Of a stretch of 64,000 nucleotides of DNA, positions 23,750 to 37,047 are shown piece after piece; the stretch's first letter is position 1; the number at the start of each line of letters is the position of its first letter. Under the pieces are notes generated by a model. That model worked only from the letters and a program-made list of their open reading frames with translations, had not been told where the DNA came from and did not search any database. The DNA is from Hydrolagus affinis (Eukaryota), in assembly GCA_012026655.1 (NCBI GenBank), contig JAAILG010000019.1, forward strand, positions 1-64,000, read 5' to 3'. Position numbers and translations under genes: made by a program.

Positions 23750-24560
23750 AGTGGCGTAGTTGCGCCAGTTACAGTAATGTGTCCCTAGAAAGAGAGAGGG
23801 AGGGAGAGAGCGAGCGAGCAGCCAGAAAGAGACTCACACACACACATACGCATAGATACAGCGAGCGGAACATCAGCATTGAAAATACTAAGACTTTCTC
23901 CGGCAAAGGGAATCGAAGCTCTCCGCGAAAGTGTGCAGCGGTATGACGGTCGCTGTTTGCCGGCTTGCACTTGCAGCTTCAACACCGTGCTATGTTTCTC
24001 GGATTATTTGAGGTGCAGCCAAGGCTCTCTTTACTTTTCTTGGCATGCTTGGTTGGTCCTGACTCGTGCTTTCTACACAGCGCTTCTCACTTCTCCTCTC
24101 TGATGGCTGGTAATTCCGGAGCCAGACAGTTAGACTGGACTTAACCGTAACTCCGCAATGGCTTTTCTCAAATAGTACTCGAGCCGTTTCGCCGCACCAC
24201 CGGGGCCCATCTTAGGAAAAAAAATAAAACAAAAAAAATACAAACAAAAAAAAGCAAAGTAACCGCTGACGAGAAAAATGGCGCCCACCAAGCAAGGCTT
24301 CCAGCACGACCCTTCAAGACGTGAACGGTAACGACAGCTGTTTTAGGATGTGATTCTGCATATTTGTGTGTTGCCATGGTACTTTTTTCGGAGTTTGGCT
24401 TGACCTGCCAGCTACCGAGTGCCGCCGCAACCCCCTTTTCTCTCTTCCCCCGCCCCCCACCCCCCACTCCACTCCCCGTTCAGGAGCCGGGTAAATAGAC
24501 GGCCATTCGCCCGCTCGTCCCTGCCGGGATCCGCCGTTGCGAAGAGCCACATTTTTCATT
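23750..24560 (+). promoter_or_regulatory. NPAS3: Second CpG-rich region: NPAS3 promoter/5' UTR with GA and CA repeats
   Basis: CpG-rich and surrounds the MAPTK exon. Confidence 0.7.
24278..24327 (+). CDS. NPAS3: NPAS3 canonical first coding exon (MAPTKQGFQHDPSRRE-R), phase-2 donor
   Basis: aaaATGG start, 50 coding nt, CG|gtaacg; matches recalled human MAPTKPSFQQDPSRRER; AKAP6-NPAS3 adjacency is known vertebrate synteny; no bHLH exon found in the window. Confidence 0.92.
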
Positions 24561-27500
24561 CATAGCTTTACCTGTCCCACCTTCATTTGCAAAAGAATGC
24601 ATGCCCATTCTTTGATTTTTCTAAGTATTATTTTTCATTGCATTGCAGAAACAGGGCCTATGACACTAATTGGAGAGGCCACCATTGCTCTACTGTTCGG
24701 TGTACACTAGGCCGAACTGGAGAGAAGCTTTCCTTGACAGGAGCCTGCTATTGTAATAAGGCGGTATGAGGTTAGGTTTACAAATTTGCATAAAACAGCA
24801 GAAAATAGTTGCGGACTAAAACTGAACTAAACAGATGCATGTAAAATGAAAACCTCAAATAACATTGATAAACCTACAGAAATATACAGTTAAGTTTTTA
24901 AGCATCCTTAATTTAAAATGATTAAACTTTCTAAAAGATTTCTGTTCTCCAATGCTTTACTTGGTGCAGGTAAAGTTTAAACATTGAAGTTAACATAAAC
25001 TAAATATTGGTCTTGTGGTGCATTAAATATAAAAACTGGGCCTTGACATTAAAACTAATGCAATTTTGATTTAGATAAACCGCTAAATTATAATCTTCAA
25101 TTTCTTCCATTTGCTGTGTGCAGTCTGAGGCAGAACTACCTTATTTGGGTATACTGGTTGGTTATTGTTGCTGAACAAAATCAGCCATGCAATAAATTTC
25201 AAGAGGAGGACAGTGTTATGTGGGTTAATCTTCACATTTTTAAAATTATGAGTGTCATACATTGTCATGCATTCAGCAGTAGCCCTTCTGAAGAACTCAA
25301 AAGTTTTTCTGTTAATTTTTTCTGCTTTATTCAGAGGACCTTCATTCTGCTACCAAGCCTCAGTCATGCCAAGGTATGAAATGTATGGTTATTAGAGGAT
25401 TTGCTTAAAACAGTTATCAGCATCACAGCAATGAAATATGCCAGTTTCATAAAGGCTTACATTTTATATTGATGTGTGTGTATATGTATATATTTAATAA
25501 TGGAATTTCAGAAATATGAATGTACCCTGAAATTTGGGTTGCCATAATGTGACCAAATAGGAATAACTATTTTGACAAATTAGGTACTACTTAATTATAT
25601 TTAATTGTGGTTTTAACCCGAAATGGTCACCAAAAGTCTAAAAATAAGTTAATTTACCCCAAATTAAGTGAAGAATCAGAAAAGAATGAAATTAATATGG
25701 CATAAAATATTATGATTCAGTGACAATTTACTATATTAAAATCAGCATCAAACTCTTGAGAAAAAAATGGTTGCAGTAAATTATATATTTGTTATTTAAT
25801 GTTCAATTTAGATTTGCAAAAGCTCCAGTATGACTGAAGCTTATTCCAAGTGTGCCTTTTTCTTCTGCTGAAGTAGTATTATAGTAAGTGCATTCATGGT
25901 AAGGCAGCATTACTAATCTTCCTGGCTGAGCATAGGAGTATATTTTCATGCCATTCTGGGAATTTATCAGAGATCAGAATCTTCAAGATGGAATTAATTT
26001 AGAGGAGAAACTTCATAGCTTGTGCATAAGTGCTTTCTTTATCACCTGTCTCCATTTGGCATTCTGAGAGGGTAAATCAAAGTGTGTGATTTGTTATTCT
26101 GCTCCACTTGAGAGTGGAACTAAATAACACTTGGTCAGAATTTCTGATAGAAGTTGTAGGAAGATATATTTAATTTGATGCTTCTTAATAGGTTCTTCTT
26201 TCTTTGCAGTGATGCTGTCATTTTGAAAGCTGGTGTGAATGATTTTGCTCATCAGGCAGGGAAGAAGTAATTATTCAAAATGAAATGGGGCTTGACTGGG
26301 ATCACGGAGCTGTTAGTAGCCGTAGACTATTTGAATTGTGGTTTAGTGCTCATAGGTGGGGAAAAAAGGACAAAGTGACTATCTTCATTCTTTACTTTTT
26401 CAGTGTTTGTAACTTAATTTGGGATATTCTTGAACTTGACTCACCTGGCTAGGGAGGTCATTGTATTACAAGTCTTACGTGTGTATTCTGTTTAAAAAAA
26501 ATTGTACATAATATCCATCAAGAATGTGCAATTTAACAAGTTTTGAAGTATAAAATACTTCATATTTTCTAATGAGTATTCATTTATCTTGTTTTGAAAT
26601 GAAATAACAAAGTAAATTGTGATGCTTTAAATGAATGTTTTTGTTTTGAATGTAGAATGTTTCTTTTGCTTACCATGCAAATTGACAGCGATTTGATCAA
26701 ATTGTTTTCTGAGAAATGCTGTTATAGAATGTCTTAGAATTGAATTCTCGAGATACTCAAACCATCCCAGTTGTTCATTGATTTTACACGTTCCTTAAGT
26801 AGTATTTGTAGTTTTAAAAACAGGTGCACCAGGGCTACATCTGTTGCATGCTGAAAAATGTAATTGTTGATCCTGTCTGAATTGCAGACATGTCTGTCAG
26901 ACATTTTATAAGGTGTATCTTTCTAAAATGTTTGTTTTATACAAAGTAGACTTTGAAAAAAATGAAACTTCAGTTTTTTTTTACATATTTTAAAAAAAGT
27001 CACTTAAAGTGGATGATGTCTGTTTTGTGCTTTACATTAAAGAGCACTGATACTGCACCAAACTTGTTTACAAATCCTTGGCAGCAAAAAAAAAGTGGTG
27101 CATCTTTGACTCCCAGTGAGCTGCACTTTCTGATCAACCTAGGATCTGTCCTTTATGTTCTAAGAGTTTCTGAAATTAAGCTGTAGATATTGGAAGAATT
27201 GTGCATTGCTTGTTTGTCATTGTTTTTGAGTGACTACTTGTACACCAGAATATCTCAAACCACAACTCTAAAGTTTCAGTGCTCTTGTCCTCAAATTGAT
27301 AACTGTTGCTCTTGGGTTGTTTCATGTTGGAGTTAGCATTGGTGTGAACCCCAAACTGAGTTGTTCTCTGTGTGAGTGAGAGGCAAGCATGATTTCCTTA
27401 GCACTTAACTGGTTCCAATATGACATATTTGGCAACACATTGTCTGAATCCAGCCAACCCTCTGTGGTGGTCTTGGTAATCTAGTTCATGAGCCAGGTAG

Positions 27501-27729
27501 GTCCACAGGACTTCAGGTCACTGCTGATGACTGCACAGCCTGCCTGGCTCATCAGCAGGTCTTGGAAAGGCAGATCAGTCACTGATGGCAGGGACTTTTG
27601 TCACTTGTCTCCTATTTACCCAGCATGCCAAAACCCTATTGGTTAGGGTGGTCCTAGTTGAACAAGCAGCAGGAAAGCATGCCAGAACATGCTTTTAATG
27701 GCAAACTATGCATTTTAAAATTAATTGGG

Positions 27730-28295
27730 CTCCAGCTGGACCTCAACCCACACTCTGTGGTCCCCAAGCCTCAGCTCTTGCCAAACTGCACTGAATACCA
27801 TATCTTCTCCTGCACTGGGCTCTGTGACCATATCACCCCCACCTTTGCATGACTCCACTGGTTTCCCTCCACTGAATTATATCCACATAGAGGATACAGT
27901 TCAAGATCCTGGTTCTCGCCTTCAAAGTTCCCCATGGCCTTGCTTCACCCCTAACATTGCAACCTCCTAACCCACTACCAACCTGTCCGCTCCTTCTGCT
28001 CAGCAGCCTCCGGCCTGCTTCACCCCCCACCACGCCTGCCCCACGATTGGCGGGTGGGCCTTCAACCACTCTGCTCCACTCTTTGGAACTCCATTCTGCT
28101 GTCCTTTTTCCTTGCCCCATCCCTTCCTTGCTCCTTCAACCTCTTTGACCATGCTTTCAATCAACTTCCTTCCCACTCTGCCCTCCACCCTACCCGATCC
28201 CTATCTTCAACTTGGGTTCAGAATACTGACTGTCCAGTGCCTTGGGATGTCCTTCTGATGTGAAAGGAGCTGTACAAATGTAATTTTATTGTTGT
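27730..28295 (+). mobile_element. L2 LINE 3' fragment
   Basis: Degenerate LHW.P and FKILVLAFK-type coding remnant plus tail ccagtgccttgggatgtcc..tgtgaaagg..aaatgtaattttattgttgt. Confidence 0.8.
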
Positions 28296-28829
28296 AATAC
28301 TCGCCAGAAATTGGATAAGCAGAATACATTCCTCCATGGAGAGAATGCATATTCCATTCCAATAAATATCTTTGGGAAATTGACCATGTATAGTTGGAAT
28401 GCGTTGACCTCTGTTTGGTTTGGATACTCTTGAGCACGGTAATGGGTTGCCATATATGTCAGACACCAGGCTGACCAAAAAAAATAGCATTTGGTTCAGA
28501 TTTAATCATCATTTATTGTGTTGCAATGGATTAGATGTTCCTAACTATCAATGTTACTTCACTTTGATCAGTATTTTTGAAATTTAATTGGACTTCATCC
28601 TGAATACTTCATTCTGTACATGTACCACTTAAGATATGCCTTTTTGTACCATGATAATTTTAGAATGAGTTCACTATCTGCAATAAAATCTTTGCGCTCT
28701 ACACTCATGTTGGTAATTTCTTCCATGACCTCTACATAAACTACTTGTGACCCAGCTGGGAGGTGGATGAGTTCAGCTTGGAATCTCATGGTTTCTGTCT
28801 TTTGTCCATTTGGGAATTATTTGTGTAGT

Positions 28830-29137
28830 CCTGTAGCTCAGTGAACACTTGCCTTACAAGTGTGAAACCTGTGTTCGAATCCAGGCAGATCAGGGCAAAA
28901 CTTTGGGCAAGCTTCCTTACTCCACAAGCCTAATAATAATCCGTCCAATAAAAACCACAATAATAATATTGGTAATTTCAATCCACGACTGTTTGTGGGA
29001 CACTGCTTGTGCAATTGGCAGCCGCATTTCGCTCACAAATATACAGTCAATTCACTTCACAGTATATTCTGTGAAGCTCCTTTGAGACGTCAATAAGATG
29101 TGAAAAGCGCTATATCAAATGCAAGGATTATTATTAT
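28830..29137 (+). mobile_element. Near full-length short tRNA-derived SINE
   Basis: A box gtagctcagtg, B box gttcgaatcc, family body, (TTA)n tail. Confidence 0.9.
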
Positions 29138-29278
29138 CTGAGTACCTCCTGGCGGCGGCATGTCTGAGATAGGAATTTTATCACATGGGGAAAATTGCTA
29201 AAATAAATGATACTTACCAATCCATGACAGTGTGCGTGTACAAGTGTATAAATTATTTTAATAGAATTGTGTCAATTT

Positions 29279-29515
29279 GGCTAAGTTAGTGGCACTCTTG
29301 CCCCTGGATCAGAAGGTTGTGGGTTTTACATCAAGGTTTGAGATCAAAAAGTGGCAGCTTCAACCTTGCAGACACTTTACATCACAGACCAGGATAAAAT
29401 TTCAATGCAATACTGGGAGGGTGTAACATCGTCAGAGAAGCTTTTCTTTGGCTCAGATGTTAAATTGAGGGCCTACATAGCTGTTCAGGTGGATTTTGTA
29501 ATTCCCATGACACTT
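29279..29515 (+). mobile_element. 5' part of a Deu-domain SINE interrupted by an L2
   Basis: tRNA head plus Deu core (gatgttaaattgagggcc..caggtggat..cccatgacact); tail-like sequence resumes near 30680-30745. Confidence 0.6.
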
Positions 29516-29574
29516 CGTCCTTCAGACGTCGTTCGTCCAGACCATTTGGTTGTACTTATCATGAGTATACAACA

Positions 29575-30655
29575 GTTACAATACAAAATTACATTTGTAT
29601 AGCGGCTTTCACATCAGGAGGGCCTCCCAAGGCACTGTACAGTCAGGGATTTGGACCTGGGTGGGAGGTTTGGGGTAAGGGCGGTGGGAGGGTGGCCAAA
29701 GGCACAGTTGGAAAGGAGGATGTTAAGATGTGCTTTGAAGGAGGTAAGGGAGGAGGGAGCGAGGAGAAGGGAATGTGGGATTAAGATGGGGAGGGCAGGC
29801 GATGTGCAGCAGGCTGGAGACTACTGTGTGGAGGGAGCAGACTGATTGATAAGGGGTTACCAGATCACAGAGGTAGGAATGGGCTGTGGAGGACCTTGAG
29901 GATTTTGAACTGTATGCTCTGAGGGATGGAGAGCCAGTGGAGTCTGGCATAGATGGGGCAGATTGGGTCACAGAGCCTGGTGCAGGAGAAAACACAAGCT
30001 TCAGAGATCTGGATGATCTGTAGCTTGTGGAGGGAAGAGTTGGGAAGGCCAATAAGCAGGGAGTTGGCATAATCAAGCCTAGATATGATGAATGAGGATT
30101 TTGGTGGCCTGAATGGGTGAGACAGTGTTGCAGAGATGGGGAAGTACAGAGTAGGTCATGGCATGGATGATGGATGCGGAGGTATTTGAGGGGTAAACAA
30201 GATGCCCAGGTTCCTGATTGGCTCAGTGAGGTGGAGTTGGCATCCATGGATCATGATGCTGCCAGTGCCTGAGGTGTGGAGGTGCTGACGAAATCCCATC
30301 AGGATGGTCTTGTTGGCGCTCAACTGAAGAAATTTAGCTCTTGTCGAAGACTTGATATCTGAAAGACATTCTGTTAGGACAGCAGTGGTCCTGGAGTTGA
30401 GGGTAGAGGCAGAGAGATAGAGTTGGGTGTCATCTGCGTACATGTGGAAGTTGACCTCATGTCTGCAGGTGATATGACCAAGTACAGAGCCCTGAGGAAT
30501 ACCGCATGAGACAGTGTGGGTGCTGGAGGGGAAATTGTTTGTGGAGACAAAGTGAAGTAGGTATGAAGGGTAAGATCTGAACCATTCAATGACAGAACCG
30601 TGAAGGTTGATGTCAGAGGAGAGGCGATGGAGGAGGATAGAGTGGTCAACTGTAC
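29575..30655 (-). mobile_element. 5'-truncated L2 LINE with reverse-transcriptase remnant
   Basis: ORF 30156..30707(-) has TVDHSILLHRL, GIPQGSVLG and MYADDTQLYLS; frameshifted; 3' tail near 29575-29640. Confidence 0.9.
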
Positions 30656-31829
30656 AAGTTAGTTTGTGACCTTGTGCTCCAAGTATAGCCGTTACACTTA
30701 ACAGCAATTACCTGCAAAACACTTTGAGATGTTTTGATGTTATTGATGCTGAATCAATTTCAAGAATTTTTAAAGTTTACAATGATGGAGGAATCTAATT
30801 GTAGGCCATTATTCCTGTAGTGTTTACAAATACTGGGAAATATGTTTAAATTTGGCACTTTTAGGGAAACGAGATGGAGCCTTGACATGTTTCTCCTATC
30901 AATCCTCATATTAACTATTGGGTAGACAGGATATAACCATAATATTTTCAAATACAAATAGATGTATAATATTGTTCTGTAATGTTACTGCAACCTTTTT
31001 AAATTGACAAAAGGTTTATATTAATGAAAATGAATATCTAATTTTAAAAAGCTGTGTTAAAGCTTTGGTGAACATCAAAGGTCTCATAATTTACAGTCCT
31101 TGATGCTCTTAGTAAAATGTGAAATGGGTGAAGCGAAAAGGTAAGGGAACAAAAATCAACACAATATTGTGGTTTAATAAACTTGAAGAAAAAGCAAGGG
31201 GCCAGGAGATCAATACTTTACCTCCAGAACTAATAATGAACTTACTATGTTTTGTTCTAAGTAACAATTATAATATTATAACATTATAATAATGTTCCAA
31301 CTCTGCTTTTTCTTAATGATGCTTTGCTTGTATATTCTCTTGGTTTACACAGATTTTTTTTTCTTTCCCCTGTGACCTTGAGCAATTCCATCTGCAGTAA
31401 TCGGAAAGAAAATAATTTATTGAATGAATGGAAGAAAGATTAGGCCTACTGAACTCAAAGTGGTTCCAATCAGTGTACATTTTTATTAACGTCAGATAGA
31501 TTTTGGGCTTCTCCTTAAAGGTGAAAGTAATTTTCCAAGTTTGGGAAAGTGAAAAAATGCTTCCTGTTGAAAGTGATCACCTCTATGTTAGGTACAAAAA
31601 TGAACATTTAGTGCAGCCTCGGGTTCCAAGTCCTAAGATGCTTGGCGCTCTGGTGGCAAATATTATGGGGAAGAGTTAGGTGCATGGTTGAGTTACTCCA
31701 TCCAGTTTGTATTGAGCTGACCTAAACTGACTTAGGAATTTAGCTGGAGTCACCCAATACATAGTGAGGACAATCATGGCAAGTACAAGTGCTATACGAT
31801 CCCGAGTTATCTCACCCAAACTATATATG

Positions 31830-32340
31830 TAAACAGCAAGTTGAATTTATATAGAGCCCTTTGTGCGAGTAGGGTCTTGGAGCACTTGATGGCATAGCTT
31901 GACATTGAGTTGTAAAGGGGGGAAGGGTAAGTGATGGAGGAGTGATAGTAGAGGAAGGTGTTCAGGTGTGATCTGAAGACGGCTAAAAAAGGCAAGATGG
32001 AAGGATTGAAGCAAGGAGTTCGAATGGCTGAAAGTCCTGCTGCGAGTTGTGGAACTGCGGGGACAAGGGATGTGCTGAAGGCTTAAGTCAGTTGAGAGAA
32101 GGATGTGGATAAAGGAGTGGGTGATGAGCAGATTGGAGATTAGGGAGGTGCTAGGGCACGCAGAAATTTGAAAGAGATTGAAGATTATAAACTCAATCAA
32201 TTTTGCAATAACTGGCAAAAAAAACTGGGGTGATGTGGGTATGGGGATTACTATGGGTTTGATTATGGGCAGAGTTGGACCAATTTGGTTCAGAGTTTTG
32301 AATCATTTGGACCTTATTAATGGTGAGGAGACCAGTGATG
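31830..32340 (-). mobile_element. Older L2 3' fragment
   Basis: Tail atttatatagagccctt..cttggagcactt and purine-rich body similar to the 29575 copy. Confidence 0.55.
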
Positions 32341-33237
32341 GTTGCATTGGAATACACACACATTCTGGAAATTTGGAAACATTTTCCAATTATAAGAAGA
32401 AATGGGACATTGAGAAGAATACACTTGAATTCTTAACTAGTTCATCTATGTGGTGGGTTAACTACTACTGTCAGATCACAATCTTTTTCAGCATTCAGTT
32501 TATAATTTGAATGACAGTTATAAAATGGACATTTTTGATTTTGTTAACTTTTGGTGAAACTTTCTATGTTCAGTAACTACTGTATGAAGCTAAAGACTAT
32601 TGTTGCCAATATTAACTGATCCCTGTGCACTGATGATACTGATTTGGAATCCATTTCAATGTCTAAAACAACTACATTTGTGAAGTTTTTGTTAAAAAAA
32701 ATCTGACATTCATCTATGCCTCCCTTCTTTCAAGTGCAATAAAACCTTGCAAAAGTGTCATCACAGCTATATTATCTATAGAAACTTGTGTGTAAACCTT
32801 AAGGAGATTCACATACTTATCTAATAAGTCCAGTTTTAAAGAAATCTCAGTGTATTTGACCATGAACTAGAAATTAATAATCCTTCCATTGTTTATTGCT
32901 GTCTGACTCTGTCTGAAAGACCATAACATTCAGAATTTGGCACTGGTATCTGGGTTAAAAATTGAAAACTCAACCAAGACCAATAGTTCCAGCTATAATG
33001 CTTCCCTTTAGATCAGTAAACTCATAACAGACCGAAGTGTGAACCAGGCACCACCCTGCTCTATAAGGCTCAGTTTCTCATTGGATAAACTCAATATAAC
33101 TGAACTATGAAAGGGAAAACGTTTACTCTATTGTTTTATCAAAAAAAAGTTAAAGCTTACTTTGCTACTTGAATTATGTTTTTTTATTAGTCATAAATAT
33201 ACATGCAGTAGAGTAAGATGTCTAATTATTGTTACTG

Positions 33238-33383
33238 CTTGTTGTTGGGACACTGCTGTGTGCTATTAGCTGCTGTGTTTTGCCCACAAATATACAGTCA
33301 ATTCACTTTACAGTATATTCTGTGAAGCGCTTTGAGAAGTCCAGAAGACATGAAAAGTGCGATATCAAATGCAACATTATTAT
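33238..33383 (+). mobile_element. SINE 3' fragment
   Basis: gggacactgctgtg..aatatacagtcaattcactttacagtatattctgtgaagcgc. Confidence 0.9.
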
Positions 33384-34089
33384 GAGAATATTTTGGGAGA
33401 ATATTTTATGTATCATATAAATGACTTGCTGAAAAATCTAAATTATATTGAAATACTATAATGTTTACCTGACTGAAAAAAAACTCGCAAAAGAAATACA
33501 ACTTTTATTTTAGTTATAAAAGGAAAAGTTGAGGTCCTTATTTTTTTTGCCAGACAAAGTTGGAATATTTTAATTAAAATGAAATATTACTCTGGTATCT
33601 TTGTAAATATAGATGTGAACAAACCATTACAGTTCCATCAGAAACGTTATAGAGGTAAAACGCTTCACATTTTCTTTTTAAATATGCATTTTCTAACCCG
33701 AATGCCAACCACAAAGTAAGTGTTGTTTTTTATTTGTCTTCTTTGTCATTGATGAATTTTATTTATACTATGTATGTCGTGCATCAATGAATTTACTATG
33801 CAGCAATTTAAGGACTATCGGTTTCCAGTTTGTAAATGCAAATGGAGAAAAATGAGAAAATATGTAAACATTTATCGTGTGTGATTTAAGATAATAATTT
33901 ACATGAAAGACATAGTTACTGAATTTACAAAATGTGGATCAAAAGCGTCGATTGTTAACACAGAGGAATAATCCAGATCATTACACTCAGCCTGTTAACT
34001 CAGTGCACTGTAATTAAATTGATGAGTGAATTATATATCTACATTAAAATAACATTGTGTGACTTCAGGGGCCAAAGTTAGCAAATATA

Positions 34090-34427
34090 CAATAATAAAA
34101 ACAATAAGTATTTTATTTGATATAGTACCTTATTACGTCTTGGAGACAACTCAAAGCGCTTCAATAGATGTACTGTAAAGTGGATTGACTGTATTTTTAG
34201 CAAATGCAGCAGACAGTTGTACACGGCAATGTCCCACAAACAGCCAGGAAATTCATGACATTTTATTGGGAATTGTTTGACCAGGACAACACTCTGACAA
34301 AGCATTCCCCCTCCCAGAACTGCGTTGGATGTCAGTTTGGACTATGTGATTCCAAGTCGTGATGTGAGGCTTCAATGACAACTTTCTTACTCGGAGATGA
34401 GAGTGTGATCAGTGAGCCAGGGTGACA
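34090..34427 (-). mobile_element. SINE (older Deu-type family)
   Basis: Reverse-complement tail (caaagcgcttca..tactgtaaagtggattgactgtattt) and degenerate head. Confidence 0.7.
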
Positions 34428-34909
34428 CAGCAACCTATAAATGTGCAAACTTTGAGTTGGGTTAACAATTTCCAAATGCACATGAGTGCCTTCAATTATG
34501 TAATTAAGAGCCAATGTGAAGATTACAAAATCATCTATAAACTTTATCAATGGTGGTTAATTGCATAATTGAGGGCACTTGTAAGTTTCTTGACTCGATT
34601 GATTGAGGAGCCTACAAGAGGGAAGATGTTGAAGAATGCGATCTGTTCCTCTGAGGATGCCAAGGTTAAAGTGCACCTGGAAAGCAGTAATAATGTACTG
34701 TACTGTAGTTAAATAAAAAATCAGAAAGGAACAGCTGGATACTTTATTGGGGATTAGAATTATTGAAGAAAAGTAGAATTATTTTAAAAATGTGTTACTC
34801 CAGACAAGACATATCGAATGGGAAGAGGATAGGGGGGTGGGAAGGAAAGGAAGCCAAGAAGTGGGAAATGAAACTAATACACCCTTCTCGCCAAGTAAAC
34901 CAGAAGTAT

Positions 34910-35100
34910 AACAAGAACTACAATTGCATTTATACAGTACCTTTGGGTCTGAAGGATATCCCAAGCCACTTGAATAGTCCAAGATTTTCACCTAAGTTGG
35001 GGGTTGGATTTGTGGGAGTGGTTGGGGGAAGATGGTCAAAAAGGAATGTTTTGAGGAAATCTTTGAAGGAGGTTAGGGAAGGGATGAGGAGGAAGATGCA
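34910..35100 (-). mobile_element. L2 3' tail fragment
   Basis: acaagaactacaattgcatttatacagtaccttt..gatatcccaagccact. Confidence 0.55.
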
Positions 35101-36770
35101 TTTGGATGTAAGCTCAGCCAAGATAGAATAGAAAATTTGATTCCAAGAGGGATTGCAAGAATGACTGGTGGGATTCAATGCAGTTTTATGAGAAGCAAGT
35201 TCTATTTAACTAATTACAATTTTAATAAGGAACGACATAGCTGGTGGATAAGGGAAACTGTTTGGATATGATGTATGTTCTTTGATTTCAATAAGGCCAT
35301 CAACAAAATGTCACTTAAGAGATAAGAAACCATTTTCTTATATCAGATTTGAAACATTTGCTATTTTCATTCATTTCACGTTTGATACTGAGCTGAGGAG
35401 AAAGGAGAGGAGACTGAAGGCAGGGTCTATGATGAAAGTCTTCTGGTTTGATTTGAAGAATGGCTAGAAGGGGGAAATGGAAGGATTGTGGCTGGGAGTT
35501 CCAGAAGCTAATGGAGTAGTGACGGAAGGCATGATCACTGATTGTGTTGGATTAAAAAGGAGCTGCATCATATAAGAGAGGCCTTGGAAGAAAAATGTGT
35601 ATTTGCTTAATGCAATTAAGGAATTATTCATGAGACAAACGTACTTCTTTCAAGTCCAATGAGAATTTCATTTAGCTATTTAGCTTTTTCTTATGTTTTT
35701 CAAATGATGTTAAAATATCAAGAAAATGTTCTTGTAATCCCCTGACTAAGGTATTAAGTATGCTCAGCCCCTAGAGGGTAAATGTGTGGTTCAGGATCTA
35801 TTAGGTGAGTCAAAGTGAAAATGGAGAATATGGAAAAGGAAAATGTTTAGGTATTCACATAAATATAGAGTCACGACACAGTAAATCCTGTGAAGCACTT
35901 TCAGATAATCTGAAATGTGCCGATGTGCTTTTTCAAATGCAAAGATTATTATTTGTTATTTTGCAGTAACTGCAAGACTGCTTTCTAATTTAATAATTTT
36001 GATGTCTGAAGCTTGGGCCAGGTTTGCATGGATCATTAATTATTTTAACTCTGAAATTACGTTTGTATCATAAACTCTGACATATATTTAACATAATGTA
36101 ATGATTGCATTTATGTGCAGTTTTATTTAGTTGGGGTCTATTTCTGCTAGTTGCAGCTGATGTACCCATTGTTGTTATTCTGTGATGATCACATTAAAAA
36201 CAATTGTATGAAAGTTGTCACTTCAGATCCATCAATAAATGATGTAAAGCTGATTACTGCAGGAAAATAGGATAATGCAGTGCATTACAATGTGGTAACA
36301 TTAGGGGTCTGTGAGAGCAAAGATTAAGTAATTTACTGATGTCATTTTAACTCTGAGATGTGTTAATACATTGGAACACACTAGTGTGTTATTTGGAATA
36401 ATATTTAGTAACTTAATGATTTCTTGTTTTATTCAGTTTTCCTTCGCTTCTGTGCCTGTCATGGTGAATGGCAACAGATGGGAGACTTCTGCAACCTAAT
36501 CACGTGATCTGACAAGAAGTGATATTGTAATTTATGTGAATGATGCATAAGAATACCATAGCTTCTGTGTATTCTAAATGACTAAACCCACTCTTGCTGA
36601 ACAAATTACTGAAATTTACTACTCTTGTAACTTGACATTGTGCCAAATTATTCACCAAAGTGCAGATGGAGAAAGGTGGAGAAAAGAAAAACTACTGAAA
36701 TAAGTGGTGGAATGAAAACAGATAGAATTGATCTAACTAACATTTTCTTGTTAGTTAGATCAGTTTCTCG

Positions 36771-37047
36771 GAGACCTGTGTTCGAATCCAGGCAGGTCAG
36801 GGTGAAACCTTGGGCAAGTTTCCTTACTCCACATGCCTAATAATAATCCGTCCAAAAAAAAACACACAATAATAAAATTGGTCATTTCAATCCACGACTG
36901 TTTGTAGGACGCTGCTGTGTGCAATTGGCTGCCGTGATTCACCCACAAATATACAGTCAATTCACTTTACAGTATATTCTGTGAAGCGCTTTGGGACATC
37001 GATAAGATGTGAAAAGCGCTATATCAAATGCAAGGATTATTATTATT
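36771..37047 (+). mobile_element. 5'-truncated short SINE, well preserved
   Basis: Highly similar to 28830-29137; ttgttagtt repeated at 36748-36756 and 37050-37058 as possible TSD. Confidence 0.9.

Noticed and set aside
24370-24382. RFX X-box (gttgccatggtac)
   Set aside because: Second half-site imperfect; insufficient evidence on its own
28830-28885. tRNA gene
   Set aside because: The A/B boxes are SINE heads; no full cloverleaf
30156-30707. Functional reverse transcriptase gene
   Set aside because: Truncated, internally deleted and frameshifted L2 fragment
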